Positions 25,934 through 40,700 of a stretch of 64,000 bases of DNA are shown piece after piece (within the stretch, counting starts at the first letter, position 1; every line of letters begins with the position of its first letter). The stretch comes from Phoronis australis (lineage: Eukaryota; Animalia; Phoronida): assembly GCA_002633005.1 (NCBI GenBank), contig NMRA01000254.1, forward strand, positions 492,436 to 556,435. The letters run 5' to 3'. Made by a program: the position numbers and the translations under genes. A model generated the notes under the pieces. It was not told the origin of the DNA. It saw only the letters and a list, made by a program, of their open reading frames with translations, and searched no databases.

Positions 25934-26859
25934 ACATGGCTGAAGTATGGTCCATCGTTTGAACCCTTCTGAAGAAACTCCTTGCAGATCAGTTGTTATT
26001 GTACTATCTCTGAATTTAACAATACAGTGTATGTGTATCACTTATCTTTTCATATAGTAGATGTCGACAGTTGAGGAATTCAGTACCAAAATTTCCAAAA
26101 CGACCGTCTACTGCTAGCCAACTATCTGCAATTATCGCTAACTGTGCAAAAGAGTTCATTAGACGCTAGAGTGTCCCCTTCGACTCGGTGAAAAAAAAGT
26201 CCCGGGCTCTTTTGGGTGTTACGCTTCCCGGTTGATAAAAACAGTGTCGGGACGTTTTTGTGTGTTGCGGCGAACATTTCACTCTTGCGGAATGGTTAGG
26301 CTCAAACGTCCCGCTTTTTATCAGCAAGTCCCGCTTTTGAAACCAGTTGTCTTGTTTTTTCGTTTTCAAATGTTGAACGTGACAACTACAGTATGATACG
26401 GGAGTTCAAAATGTCTCTTTAATGTTACGGATAAGTTATTTTCCACAGTCCACCTTCTTCGTAACAATCCCAAAAATGTGTTCCATTGTCTCTTGTTTGT
26501 GGTAAAATACACTTCACTTATTTACATGTATCAGGATAACAGATTTTTACTTTCTGAAGAAATGAGTTCAGTAAAGTTATGTGGAAAGTCTTACACTGCA
26601 ACCGTTGTAATGAGCTACCCGCATTATATTTCGAAGCTGCAGAATAGGTGTTTCTCAGTTTTTTCTATCAGAAACCATCTGTATATTTTATAAAATCTAC
26701 AATGGATTTAATCCTGCTTGACACGTGTGTGCGCTTATTAAAACACCATCCTCAGAATAAAAACCAGTGGCCCAACAACAAGTAAGGATACGCCGACAGA
26801 GTCACTGACTTACAGGGGAGTATTACATGTAGTAGACTATACTGACAATGACAACCTGT

Positions 26860-26990
26860 GGTGTGTCCGTTGCCTATTCAGATTGAGCTTACAGCAATTG
26901 ATATGTAGATCACAGCCTCACTAATTTTCAGCTCCCTTGTTGTTCCTGGTTTTAACAAAGTCATTGAAAGAGCATCGCTCATAACAATCA
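26860..26990 (-). mobile_element. Possible Penelope-like GIY-YIG C-terminal remnant
   Basis: Frameshifted RELKISEAV..INCCKLNLNRQ resembles the L.I.EA..I....P.LN.Q end of PLE ORFs. Confidence 0.3.
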
Positions 26991-29900
26991 TTGGAGCTCT
27001 TAACATTTTTCATTCAGAATTTAGATGTTTCTTGGTCCGGGCTTTCAAGAGGCGAACAGTTTCGCCTATACAACTGGAGCAACATCCTGGATAGATAAAT
27101 CTGTACAGTACCCTGGACCGTAGACCCACAGGAATTTTGTCCTTAGCGTTAAAAAAATTCACTGTTTCCGAGACTTGAATGTTAATATAACACTTGAGTT
27201 TGTATGGTAATAATTCACCAATTTGTTGAGTTTTGGTTGAGCAATTATGCCATAAAACTTAACATACATGTAACTCAGTAGTAGCAACAATATTTCATAA
27301 AAAGACCTTCACTGGACTGTACACTCGCTTCCATAGCTAATTCTCTTCCTTTGTTTTACGGTGGATCTCATTAACTCTAATAGACAGCTTATATTGCATT
27401 ACATACCAGTCCACGAGAGCACCAGTCACCCAGCGGAAAGGTGGCGGTCAGACAATTTTCACCAAATTTGACACATACAGTGTAGGTAGTTCTATGGTAT
27501 CTATAAACAATGGTAAAATATTTCCCCAAAATATTTCAATCTACCAAAGTTATAGGGTCAAACACATTTTACAGCTTCGCAGTCATGTTTCCATCTGTCT
27601 GATTTTAACTTTTTTTCGAGAATGAAATGTATTGAGCTATTATTCACTTGGCGGTGTTTAGTGATGGCAATAAATACACAAAACGTACCTCGATTGCCTA
27701 CCTTATTCCGCGTTATTTATCCCATGCGCTTTAAATTCCTAAGTTCCTTACATTTTTTTCGGCAGATTTTGCAAATACTTCACCCAGACAGTTCACATGG
27801 CGGATCACGTCCTGTATGTACATGTATGTACTTGGTCGTAAGTTTGCAAGTTTTCTCTTGTAAAAGAAACAGTTTTAAAAGTAACTATTTACTTCTTGAA
27901 AAGAGGTAGCAAAGATCAAAACAACGGCAACTGAGCAGTGAACTTGTAACATCTCCTGGAAATAGTTAAAAAACAATAATTTGATATTTTAATTTGCAAG
28001 GAATCGGCGCCTGAGTTGCAGACGATATAGTATTCAGCTATTGAAAACTGAGACATAAGTGTCTTATAATATACAGTTTTGTTCCAAATTTTACGTTTAG
28101 GGCCTGGTTGCATGTCGTGTGTTACTTACACTGTTGAAACTATATTACTTTAAACTATATTCGGAGTTTGATGATCGAACCGGCTGAAGACGTCGAGTCG
28201 ACATTGGCCTACACTGTACCTTTTGAACTTTCCATGTCAGAGGTCGCTGTTGAAGAAGTGCGGGAGGTGAATACGGAAAACTTTATTTCATGGCCGTATT
28301 TCCCTCGACAGATTCAACGCGCGTGGGATAAATCACTATAAAGATATTTTGAAAAACATACCGATTTCCAAACCTCATTTAGTAGTTTTACTATTTTACC
28401 CCCGTTAAGCCATTTTGAGGTAGCTGCTCTACCAAATCTTCCTTACTGCTACGAGAATGAAACTACTTGGCCAAAATATTAACAAAACATGTTACTTTCG
28501 TCGCATAAATAAATACTTTGTCAGCCACATTATTAGTTAGACATTTTGGCACATCAAATGCACTAAAATGAGAAATTTTCAAAATCTGAGATTTGCTGCG
28601 TCAGCATGTATAATCAGACTGATATTTTACAATCGCGTTTGTTCCTCTTGAATGTTTTGAATGTTTCACTACATACCACCTAGGACTATCATACTCCTAG
28701 ATGCCATACATGACTCGGCTCCATTTTTGTAAAAAGTCGCTGGACGTGAACTCGACAAATGTAGGTTATTTTAATTTTATAGTTCTTACGCCTTGTAATT
28801 TTGTCATGGATATTTCATAACACATATTCAAATCAGATTACCCGTTGATCAAATGTTCATGTAATGCAATGTAATATCAAACGAATGATGAGTTTAGTGT
28901 CATAAACACAATTTTTATTGGACTTAAAACAAAAGGCCACGGAAACCTTGTGGTTTCCTGACGAAATACTGGCTTTGCTGATCTCTAAAATACTTGAACG
29001 ACAAGATACACAGAGACAAACTCCACAACTGTCCATTTCAAATGGTCGAATGGTTATCGCCCATCGGTTGTATCATTATTTTCCTTTGTTGTGTCATTGT
29101 TGGATATAACAACACAGGTCGCATTGGTATAGAACCTTGACCGTTACCGATAAATGCTTGTCATTATCTTTATTAGAACAACGGGAACAATGAAGCAGCT
29201 AATCTATCGATCTCTATGCAACCAGGTTTCCCGTGGGTGACCCCAGAAGAGGGATCCCAAAGTATCCACCAACACCTAATTACGTTCCACAGTAACTCTT
29301 ACCAGGCACACGAATCCTTTCCCTGGAACTTAAACGCCAAATTTTTGTTTCCATGAACACGTACTGTGTTGTATTGCTCATGGTACGGCTTCAGTTCCGT
29401 TTTATTAGAGGAGATTACCATCCGTTTCAATTAGTCTTTTCTACCGTTTTAATCGGTCTATATCCGCATCACCTCGTACATGTATATATACGGTTGCTGT
29501 TGTCGAGTGGAAGTACTCGATCTAAATTGATACAAAATAGATTGTTTTTGGAGGGCATTCTCCTTTAAGATTCCAATCCCCAACCCTGTAATATGTAGCT
29601 AATGTAAAAGTTCTAGACAATGCAAGTTTGTGGATTTATTCTCCTTGAAATGAAGAGTAAAGACTAAATTCTGCACCGGTTTTTCAAAAGTAATACCTTA
29701 CTGGAAGATCATACACCAAAAACGAACCAATGTTTGATAAATTTATTCCTTATCCACCTCACAGACTACTCATCTAAATTAAAAACATTCCATGTGAAAA
29801 AAGTAATACACCAACCGGAGACTTGTATACTACAAAATATGTTTTCATAGTACAATACAAAGAAAACTGTACAGTTAAAAGTGCAAATGTTATGACCCTG

Positions 29901-30475
29901 ATAAGCAAATGTCTTCTGGACTTTTCCAACACTCCAACTTCTACAGGGCAGAGTCAACCACACAAACCCCATAAAGTCAGGGAATTTCATTTAAGGTGAC
30001 TGATGTAGTCTCACGGCGTAAAAGCGATTTCGCAATGTCGCTGGCAACACTGTCACAACTTGAGCTGGCTGTTTGTACGATGAACTGTACCACACCAATA
30101 TTCTTATCAACAAATAATCACCACAAAGTGAAAAAATTGGCTTTTCGGTTCCAACTGGAGAGAATTTTTGCATTGAAATAGTAACGAAAAAGTACTTTTG
30201 CAACATTGCTTGCGTTACAATTGCGTTGGCTACTCTTGTGTGCTCGAGCGGCAGCCATTTCATACTACTGTACGTGCTGGCAGTGGCTGCCACTATCCAT
30301 TCACAAGTAGAACACGGATGGAGTTTGAGGCTATACACCGTGTCTTAACTAAGCCTAGACCTGGAGAACTACAACATAATCTTTGTCAACGATTCCATGG
30401 CAGTGTTGATGAAAATTCAGTGGGAAATCTCCCATCCAACCGGTGTGTTTTCCGATCACGCCACCCTCATCATAN

Positions 30476-30882
30476 GGAAGACTACAGAATGCCTCGCCAG
30501 CTTTTGTATAGCGAGCTGAAGACTGGGAGAAGGAAGCAAGGACGCCCTTGCCTTCGCTACAAAGACACCGTCAAAGCCAACCTGAAGTGGTGCAACATCA
30601 AACCCAAGGAACTGAAAGATGTTGCAGGAGAGAGACCAAAGTGGCGAGCCACGATTCGAAAAGCAACTGCCAGTTTTGAGGATGACCGCTGTAAGAGACT
30701 CGAAGCTGCTTGAGAGAAACGCCACTCAGCAGCATCCACCACTGTTACCACGACGGAGTTCCAATGCCCCACCTGTGCTCGACTCTGCGCGTCAAGACTG
30801 GGACTGCAGAGCCATCTTCTTGTACATAAACGATGAGACACACAACCTACGTCATCTTCGGACCCGAAGGACTACCAACCAG
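30476..30882 (+). mobile_element. RTE-clade LINE 3' end
   Basis: RMPRQLLYSELKTGRRKQGRPCLRYKDTVK...W and terminal CPTCARLCASRLGLQSH..H finger; short ACCA-repeat tail; begins at an N. Confidence 0.85.
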
Positions 30883-33800
30883 GGACCTGGTCTTTCGTAC
30901 CCGGCCAGTGTCTTGATTAACGAGCGTGCAGATTACCTCGCTGGCTGATGCACCACACACAAACCCCTCTGCTTATACTCAGCTGATGTTAAGGTGCTGG
31001 CTCAACGACGCACCTTTGAGCAGATTTCGTCCCAACTGGCCGAGTTCAACATCGGGTAGCCGACTGCTCGAAGTAGTGAAAGTGTGGCTATAGTTTGTGG
31101 TCTGTTATACAGACAGAGGTCGGTGCTTAACTCAGATACATGTATGTTCAAGAAAGGTAAATCGGAAAATTGTGGTTATGCCTTTTCGGTGTGCATTCTT
31201 CTACTGTCACTGACTTTTGTTTACGTGACTGTCCTGTATTCACACAGTATGAATTACACCCGTCCGGTAAAATCGACCACGCGGCCATTAAACATTACTG
31301 CAGAAACGAAACATTTGCAGTAGAGAGAATTAACTTGATTCGTAAAGATGTTGACAAGGCTGAAATCGTACACAGTCCGCCATTTTCTGTCTTTGTTGTA
31401 AAGCTAACCAATGACTGCCGAGGTTATACTAACCAGTGATCCCCGGGTGTGCTGCTTAGTGACACCTGAGTGTCTTCTTCTCCCTAGCGGACACGCAGGA
31501 ACCAGTGTGATGACTACACTTGCACAACTTGCTAAGATATTGCGTCTAGAACGCAACTCAGGTATGTACAAGTGGCTAAGTATTCGGTTATGCCAGCCGA
31601 TGTTTATGACCCTGTTCTGCGCGTTTTGTTGATTTGCGCAATATGCGGATGACGTCATCAAAAGCGGGGGAAATCCATATACTGCGCAGGCCCGTTTATG
31701 GATTCCTAAAACGCGCAACACTTTAGGAATCGTACCGATTTACGGGTAATAGAACAGGAAATGCTTCNACTATCGTCCCATAATGTATTTCAAAAACAAT
31801 CACCAGCACAACTGGTGACTACTTTTAAGTGAATGGTGAGATGCTTTGAACGTCAACACAACATTCACTTTTTCGGCGACTAAGTTTACGATTCAATAAC
31901 ACAGTGCAACATTAAGTTTATACATGTACAGTACAGCACTTTTTCGACAAGTCTGTTAACCCAATATCTACAGAATTAGAAGGTTCAGGAAAAGCACAAG
32001 CGAGTCGCATTATAACGTGCCTGCCGTTTATAACGTTCGATCCCTCCAATATACTCATTCTACAATTCGTTTTTAACGAACACGGATACAGAACATGTAA
32101 CACATGCGAGTTTGTGGATGGTGTAACCACTAAATAACTAGTGTATGTCGTGGTCGAACCGCCGTCGGTTCAGCATTGATCGTAATGTGGTGGTCTTAAA
32201 AAGTTCATGATAATTCTCGTGGAGAATAGATGGAATTTTGAACCAAAAACAATTTTAGTGTCATTTTTCGTCAAACTTCCTTCCAGATTTTCCCCATGAC
32301 TTCCGACAAAAATCGTTAGTGGTAACTCTCGAAATTAGCCTAATTTTTCGTCCGATTTTCATCTGGATTTTCGCATTACGACAAAAATGTATGTGCTTGA
32401 ACACGGTCACATGTCGATCTCATTTTGAAACTGCAAAAAACGACGAAACTTTACAGTTCACACATGCACTCACGACACCCACGAGAACAGATTACTTAGA
32501 ATGATGTGGCACTGCGCAAATTAGACCGTTGCGGATTCATAAATTCGTGAAATTTGTTACTTTCCCAGGAATTTTAACCCAGGTTTACTGATATTCCACG
32601 CTAATTTCTGTGAATTTAATTTGAAATTATGAGTGTAAATTAAATTCTTAACGGATATAAAATTCAAAGTAAACGACACCGCTTTACCGCGTAGTCATAC
32701 TAAAAGTTACTTCAAACTCGCTGATCTGACCAAAGCAACCTCGGCTAAAACCTCACCGATATTTATGGAGAGAGTACGTACATGTACGGAGGTCAACATT
32801 TTATGAAGATTTTGAATCTTCTATTAGTTTATGTCCATCAGAATAGCGAAAAATGAAAACAGACGTGTTGTTTCTTAAGGCAAGTCTTATCTTAACGCCA
32901 TCAGCTAATGTGTATTAGCGTGAAATCGCATGTTACCGGCCAAATAAAGGCATGTGGTTTACTTAGAAATTTCGATCGACCCGAAAATTATGTACTAGGC
33001 TGTCCGTCTCGTGAAATTTCATGAGATTGTGCGATTTCCGAATTTGTTCGAGAGTGTATTTTGTCCAGATTTCAACCCCTTCTGGCAGAATCTGGGTGGA
33101 AACTAATTCCCGTGCGCTGGCTCATGGTCGGCGCAGCACTGAAAAAAGTAGGGACTATAGCCTTCCAGCCACCATTCCCTTATGGTGAGTCGCCCACGCG
33201 GCTATCACGCGTATGCCAGGAGGCCGAACACGTTTACATTCTCGTTGATGTTGTCCTAAAACAAAACGGAGTATAAGCACTGTAGCTGCTAACTGTGGCA
33301 CAGGTGGGATGTTTGCATATTCAGTTATAGTGTAATTTTGGACCTTGAAATTCGGGCGGGATGAGCTCACAAGTATACGTGATATAATTTTTTAAAATCG
33401 ATAACAACTTCTTGGTCGTTAACAGATTCAGACAATTGTTTGTTTCAAATCTTCATGAAAATTCGAACCAAAAACACGTATGCCGAATCTCGAATCCAAA
33501 CGGAACCTAAATTATGCTGAACCGTTGCAACTTTAGTAGAATGTATCGGCGTGGCAAACAGTTTTCAAAAAATTCAAGTCACCCGGCTGGTGAACTCGCG
33601 AACCGGATCCCCTAATCCACTGCGTTCATTATTGCGTATGTAAATGATTTCAATACAAATTCATTATCCATTCAAGTGTTTCACCTCACGAACTTGTCTC
33701 TAATTATCATTTGTATCGGTAAGTAGACTAAATGAAAGGTTCGTTTATATTATTATTCATTGTTACTTCAAATAGAGTGAAACAAGCCCACAAGCTCATG

Positions 33801-34034
33801 TGTACTGTTTTTAAAATTGACTAAATAAATGACTAGACTTGATATATGAGTGTAATTTGTACAGTGCAGAAAACAAGTGAATAGGCAGTAAATGGTGAGT
33901 CTCACTTCCACTTCAGGGACGTATAATAGTTTGAATTTTTTACAATTCAATTCATCTTTTGTACGGAGCTCAGTACACCGATTACTTCGAAAAAAATTCA
34001 AACAAAATTGCATCAACGGCAATGACTGGTATTG

Positions 34035-34623
34035 TATGGTGGGCTGTTGAGGGGAAAGTGTCGCCGTAAAATTACGCTCGTAATTACGAGCGTAAATTAA
34101 ATTGCAGGAGTGTCGCGGTACAATTGCGCTCGTAAATTAAATAAGGAAAGTTTCGCCGTAAAATTACGCTCGTTATTACGAACGTAAATTAAATTGCAAA
34201 AGTGTTGCAGTAAAATTGCGCCCGTAAATTCAACGGGGGAAATTTCGCCGTAAATTACGCTCGTAAAATACCTTAAGAACGTTCCAAATTTAAACCAATT
34301 AGTGTTGACCTAACATACACGACTGTTGGTGGGCAGCTCGTTCTTGCACAATCGCTGACATTGCAGTGATTTGATCAGCCATGATTCAGCGCTCGTATCG
34401 TAGACATGTAACCCGTCAGTAAATAAGTATTTCCAAGAGCACGCGCGGCCGTGGATTGTAAAACCCAACGTCATTGGCTATGAGTTTGAACTAAATTGCG
34501 AGAGTAATTTTACGCCTAAAGAATTAAATTACGCTCGTAATTTTACGGCGTAATTAACGGCGTAATGTACAAAATTACGCTCGTATTTTTCCGGCGACAC
34601 TTTCCCCCCAACGGCCCATCATA
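34035..34623. mobile_element. MITE with ~40-bp TIRs and internal tandem repeats
   Basis: TIR tatg(g/a)tgggc.gttg.ggggaaagtgtcgccg; internal cgccgtaaaattacgctcgtaa repeats; GTATTG on both flanks. Confidence 0.8.
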
Positions 34624-34719
34624 GTATTGACACGACCTACACTTTGGTCATTAATGATTTCTAGTCTGTCGTCAAGAATTCAGCTGGCAAATTCCTTGTT
34701 GGCTAGGCAAAGACAACCT

Positions 34720-34783
34720 CTACGCACTCGTTCCAGCAGCAACATTCTTATCGGTGGGTCTGATCACGCCAGACATTGGAGTT
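34720..34783 (-). CDS. Last coding exon (cytoplasmic tail)
   Basis: ttttttcAG acceptor in phase 2, matching the TM exon; [20 protein letters not shown]-stop. Confidence 0.7.
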
Positions 34784-37700
34784 CTGAAAAAAGGCATACA
34801 AATTCGTGTTACTACTTTAGAATTTTGGACAGGGAAGCTATAGTTCATGTTTTCATGGTGCTCAAAACGTTTGGCAACCCTCTCGTCTGTTATACTGTAC
34901 ATGTGCATCTGGACTGTTATCATGACAAAACTGCAGCATAATACACGCTGTATTGAAACGTATTTTATACAGAATGACATTAAAAAGTGATGACTAATTC
35001 ACACGATCGCTATCATCATTCACTATTTAAGCCTTGATCGTACACTAGAAATGTAAACGTAACCAAATATTTTCTGAATTAGCTGATATTCACGTAATGA
35101 TGCATTTATTTAACTGTTGTCCAAAACCAAGATTAAATTCGATGGCATTTGAGAACAATGCAAACGCTGCAGGACAATAACAGAGGACAGGGTCCCGTTC
35201 AAAGCTAAGACAAATCTCAAATTTCAGCCAATTTTAAGATAACAATTAAATGTGCCTCTGGTATATGTACGTTTCAAGGAAGAGGTCATAACTTTGACTT
35301 GAATTTTAACTTAAGTTTTATTTTAAGTTTGACTAACTTACCGGATGTGAAAATTTCAAAGTTTCGACTTGAGACAGGTTTTAGACTTGAGTAAAAATAA
35401 CCTTAAGTCAGTTCCTTGGAACGGGCCTCTGAATTATTGTGGTTGGACCAGAATCAAAATCCTTACCCGGAAATCAGTCCTTTTTTCACGAGTACGACAC
35501 CAATAGCAGTTGTCGCGACTGCTGCGCCAATAATTCCAGCCGTAACGGCCACGGCAATAACCCAGGCCTCTGTAGCACTGCCCTGTCGTGCTCCTGGAAT
35601 AGATCTGCTACCTACAAAATGTTAAGTTACACTTTCAATTCAATACGTCAATCTTAAGTAAAAGCTCAAATTCTTTTTGAGAGAAGGGCCTAACCGCCTA
35701 CTCGGTGCAAGGAAACTTGAAAAAAGTTGTTGGACATCTCTGGTGTTGACCAGACCCCCATTTCACGGTACCGTTTCCTGCTAGTTTCGCGAGATTACGT
35801 GTATGCAAATGTTCTCGGGATATCGCCATGCATTGTATGTGAAAATGAATCATGTGATTTCCCGTCTATATACTTATTTGATATGGCAAGACATAGGTGT
35901 AGCATATTTCCCTTGTATAGAAAATATGGCACTTAACATTTGATGTAAACAAAACAATGGCGATTTTAAGCAGTAGCCAGTCCAATTAAGGAGCAATTCA
36001 TGAAGTCCTAACTTTTTAAAATTAATCATAACGTTATCGCAGTATTCAAATACATTCTAAAATTCACTTGGGAATTTTTTTTGTAAAATTTCTTGCTTCA
36101 CTGGCTTGCCTCATATTGTACTATCGACATCAGATTCGAGGTACGATCACACGTGATAATCTGCCTTTTATATCCATCTTGTCAGTCAGCTGTTTGTCGA
36201 ATGACTGTGCGAGCATTTATCATAAGTGTGAGGGAGATTAGAAACTCTGTGGTGACTACAGAGTTTTTCCTTTGCACGTGTTTAAAAAATCATGAACTTT
36301 GTGATTTTTATGGAAATTCCTTCACAGATAAATTGAATAACTGTGTAGTACTCACTACGAGATGGTAATTTCGTCAAGAATCGTTTAAAAGATTTTGACG
36401 AGCTTTCGCGTTCCATGCCCCTCTAATAATAAAGCAGTAGATTCAGTTGACATGTTCCGATCCATGTAATATTCCCAGTATCGAAAACTTAAGATTTTGA
36501 AAATGGAGCCATGCATTCCTGTGTTCCCAAAATAGGTGATCGTATAAAATAGCGCTACTGCTCCCAACAAGTTTTTTTCAACACGCCCTCTTTAACAAGA
36601 AGATAGTTATCGAATTCCTTAACCACCGATTCTCTGTTCAGCATTCTGTGCCCGCTACTTTCTCCTTTTTTGCTTTTATTGGTGTTAGCGCAACTAGTCT
36701 AGGCTACAATGAAATGGATTTCAAAACTAAATCCCGCCAGGAGCCCCAGCCGGGTCACCCATGCGTGCGAACGGCACGTACATATATAAGGGTGGGCTCA
36801 TACTCGAGTACAAGTTGAGTCGTTTGTAAAACCACCACGCTGGAAAAAACATTGGATAATCAGTACAGTTGTGTTAAACGGCCGCATTGGTACTCAGTCG
36901 GTAACTCAACAGCAGTGAATTATATTCAGTCGAAATAAGCACCTTTAAATTGAACTGAATCAGTGCGAATGTGTTCTTTTTTGGTTTCGCAGAAAATAAA
37001 AAAATGTCGATTCCTTTTCTTCACGTGTGTTTTATTAGCGGTCAAAGTACCTGTGGTCTCAACAAACTTGGCACATCACATTCGCGATATGCCACAAATA
37101 CCACTGTAGACGGGTGGGAGGAGCATTTTCTCACCAGGCCCCACCTGTTGAGAGCTACACACAATGCCACTGGTGCTAACGTTAAGTAGGTCTTCAGCAA
37201 CTGCATGACTGTTAGACAGCTGGGAAGCGTGCAGTAACCACACGACACTCGCAAAACAGTCACATACGGCGAGAAATCGTGACTTATGAAACGGAGACCT
37301 TTAATTCCTCCCTATAACTCATCGTTCCGATCACTTCAGTCGGGATGGATCAAGTCCATTTTGCTAGTCTTTGCCACTATAATTTTGAGCTTACTTGCAA
37401 AACAAGTACTTTCCACTGAATACATCCTTTGAATCAAGTTGTTAAGTTTCACTACAGCTGCTTATAGAAAATTGCAAGTTTCTCGTTTCCAGTGGCTAAT
37501 CGAGAATTCCGCTTCGAAAAGTTGGAAACGTGTGAGACCCGGCGGGCGCTTATAACTTTTCTACTTGCTTCCATCAGTTTATAACATCTATTAAAACCCG
37601 TCTAGCGACACAATACGACTAATTAGTTGTCGAACTTGTTCCTGCATTGAGTGATTAACTTAGTTCTTATTCTTATCAAGAAAAATGAGATAGCTGTAAG

Positions 37701-40700
37701 ATAAAAGATGTATGCAGGTAAGTTTCCTCTAAGTTCTCCCGGGCCTTGGCCTGAGATGCAATGTCAGATTAAGGTTTCTCGTAGCTCCAATATCATAAAA
37801 AATCGGGGCTCCGGTAATTTGAGCCGCCTTCGGTAGCCACAATCTTCGGTCACCTCGTCGTCACAATTTCGATCCCGCGATCTCAGTGATTCCCAGCCTC
37901 TCCCCAGATACCATAATTTTCACACACACACACACTGGTCGCCGAAACCTTTAAATCACTGGTCATCAAGCACGTCGCCAGAAGATTCAAAAGGTCCCTA
38001 TGGGTTACTATTTTGTGCGGAGCGACAAGATTTAAATTATTCAGCTTTGAGTGAAGTGACTAAGTTTAAAAACATTTTCTTCAGTTTAGCCCCCCGGCCC
38101 GGTCGCAACCAAGCCTATCCATCCTGCGGCCCAACAAATTTCACCTATGTCGATAGCCACCAAATTTACTTCTCGCCCGTTTCCCACCAGTTTAGCCCCT
38201 CCCAGTGGTAGCAAGGTGTTCACACTCCTTAGACTTCACAGGGTTTGCAGTACATCAGTTATTCAAGAAATATTTTGTCGTCGCTTTAAACGACGTAATG
38301 ACGTACAATACTCTGGTCGTAGATTGCTAACTTTTTATCTTTGCTTAATGCTAAAAGTATACCTGAACACAGTGTTCCATTTCTTTGGTAACCACTTCGG
38401 CAGCTACATTTAAATGAGCCAATGGTGTTGAAGCAGGCTGCATTGTCATCACAGTTGTGTTTGCCAGAGGTACACTCGTTGATATCTGAAAATATTTAAA
38501 TCAAATAAAAAATGCTGATGTGTCTTAAAGAATTCTTGAAAAGGATAATTTCTGACGAGCATTCATTCATATCAAAATCAATTGGAATTTCACGCTGGGT
38601 TCTATTTAAGTCTTGTATTTCTCGCCGACATAAATGATGAAAGTGTACCTGAGCAATGGGTTCCATTCCCTTGGTAACCATTTCGACAAGTGCAATTGAA
38701 CAAGCCAATGTCGTTCGAGCAGACGGCATTGACGTCACAGTTGTGTTTTCCCGCGGTGCACTCGTTGATGTCTGAAAATATTTGAATCAAATATTTTGCT
38801 GACAGGTCTTTTATTCATGCCTAAAATCAAATTCCCGTCGATTTTAAGGAACAAACGATGAGTGGTTAATAAAATCCTGGTGATTTTAATCGTTTCTTCC
38901 ATGAAGTATGTACATAGCATCTACAACTTGCCTAGAACACAAACGTCACACGGATACGTTTGCAATAACGCGTCAAAATATGAAGTGCCAGTAGAGTGTT
39001 GAAATGTAGATTGGGATTGGGTCAAGAATGAAATCGTTTCCAAGTATGTACAACATTTCTAGAGACCTGAAAATGAGAACGGATTGTTGATAATATATAC
39101 GACTGTCAAGGTTTCGATGGTTGATCTGTCCAATGTCACCGAGGAAATAAAATGCCCATAAAAGGGGCACAACTAATCAAGTGGAAATGTAAACAGTCTG
39201 ACACTAGTAGCAGCTGTAAATATTTAAACGACCAAAAACTATCCCCAAAAGACGAGCTCAATAAGAGCCCAGGTGGCCATTCAGTGAAGCCCTGACAGGT
39301 CGACAATAACAAGACTCACTTTGACAGCCAGTTATACCTACTCTCATACCCATGTGTTGTCACCAATCATCCTATGATTACTACTGCTAATTTGACCAAA
39401 ACCAATATCGTAAACATTTCAAAAATTGAAAACTAAAGTAGGATTCAAAGACAGTTTGACTTCTGTGCACTGGTGATCCATAAATAACCTGATTGTAACT
39501 GAGAAACGTTTACAAACTCAAGTTGGAAGCCAATTGCTGTTTGAAACAAATATCATCGAACACAAAACTGGACTTCGATTTTCCAATTTTAAAAAACAAC
39601 GTAACCGGTGCGTTTAATTAAACACATCTTGGTCTTGTGTATTTGAGAAGACGCCGTGTCATTTTCAGACTACAGTACATACACCTCACAATGTATATGG
39701 TAAAAAACAAGTAAGAAAACAAAAGTAATATATATGTACAACTGAGTTATACAAATGCTGAAACTGTACCAGAACAATGCGTCCCATTTCCTTGGTAACC
39801 ATTGATACAGCTGCAGTTGAATGAGCCAATGGTGTTGGAGCAGACTGCATTGACGTCACAATTGTGTTTGGTTGATGTACATTCGTTGATGTCCAAAAAT
39901 ATTTGATGAGAAATTAAAATGAAACAAGATAATTCAGTAAAAACGTAACTTGGTCGCACTTGCGCAAAAGCAGACAATTTGCCAGGAAAGCCCATATTTG
40001 GCTCCGTTTGTCGAAAAAGGGGATATTTTTCACGTCGTGTTCATACGGGACTATTTGCACACTGCAATTAAAACACAGTTGTCAAAAGTGTAAAGTGAGA
40101 ATTACTCTCACAAACTTTCAAATCATTTAAAATGACTATAATAGGAAGATGTTCTAGTCTATGCGGCATTTGACCTATTATCTGCATGCAATGCTGGTCA
40201 CACTATTACCGGCGCAAAATCAGTTTTGTCTTTTTTCGATGATTTTTACTCAACTACATGTATCAAGTTTTTTAAAGACTGAAATTGTACTAGGGCACTA
40301 TGTTCTATTCCCTTGGTAATCATTTTCACTCCTGTTGCTGAGTAACCCACATGTTCTAAAGTTGGTGGAATTGACGTCAGAGGCGTAAATTGCTACGGTG
40401 CATTCACACACACATGGAAACATTTGGTCATAAAAGCTATGTTTAACAAAATTATTGCGTTAAGCACTATTATACTAGAGAGAAAGTAGAATATTGGAAA
40501 AGTAAACGCTACAAATTACCCTGCTGCTAAACGTTTAAACTGTAGACAATAGATAGCCACGTTTTTGTCAGTACTTCGTAACATGCTTTTCATCTTGCCA
40601 TAGGCGTCCATTCCTTTCGTAACCAAGTCACTTTACGAACTACAATTGCATTTCAACAGAGATGCATTAAACTTTCCCATGCCAAATGACGTCGTATGGA

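Larger units (their letters stand above)
23681..26485. repeat. Duplication 23681-25109 vs 25234-26485 across an N gap (25110-25233); probably allelic
   Basis: Copies abut the gap exactly; a few percent SNPs; ~180 bp (24563-24741) is present only in the first copy. Confidence 0.85.

Noticed and set aside
35416-35625. Plus-strand Ala/Thr-rich ORF
   Set aside because: Antisense shadow of the minus-strand TM exon.
37050-37102. Candidate extra exon between the EGF array and the TM exon
   Set aside because: Its AG/GT-bounded 53 nt is not phase 1-1 and shows no recognisable domain.
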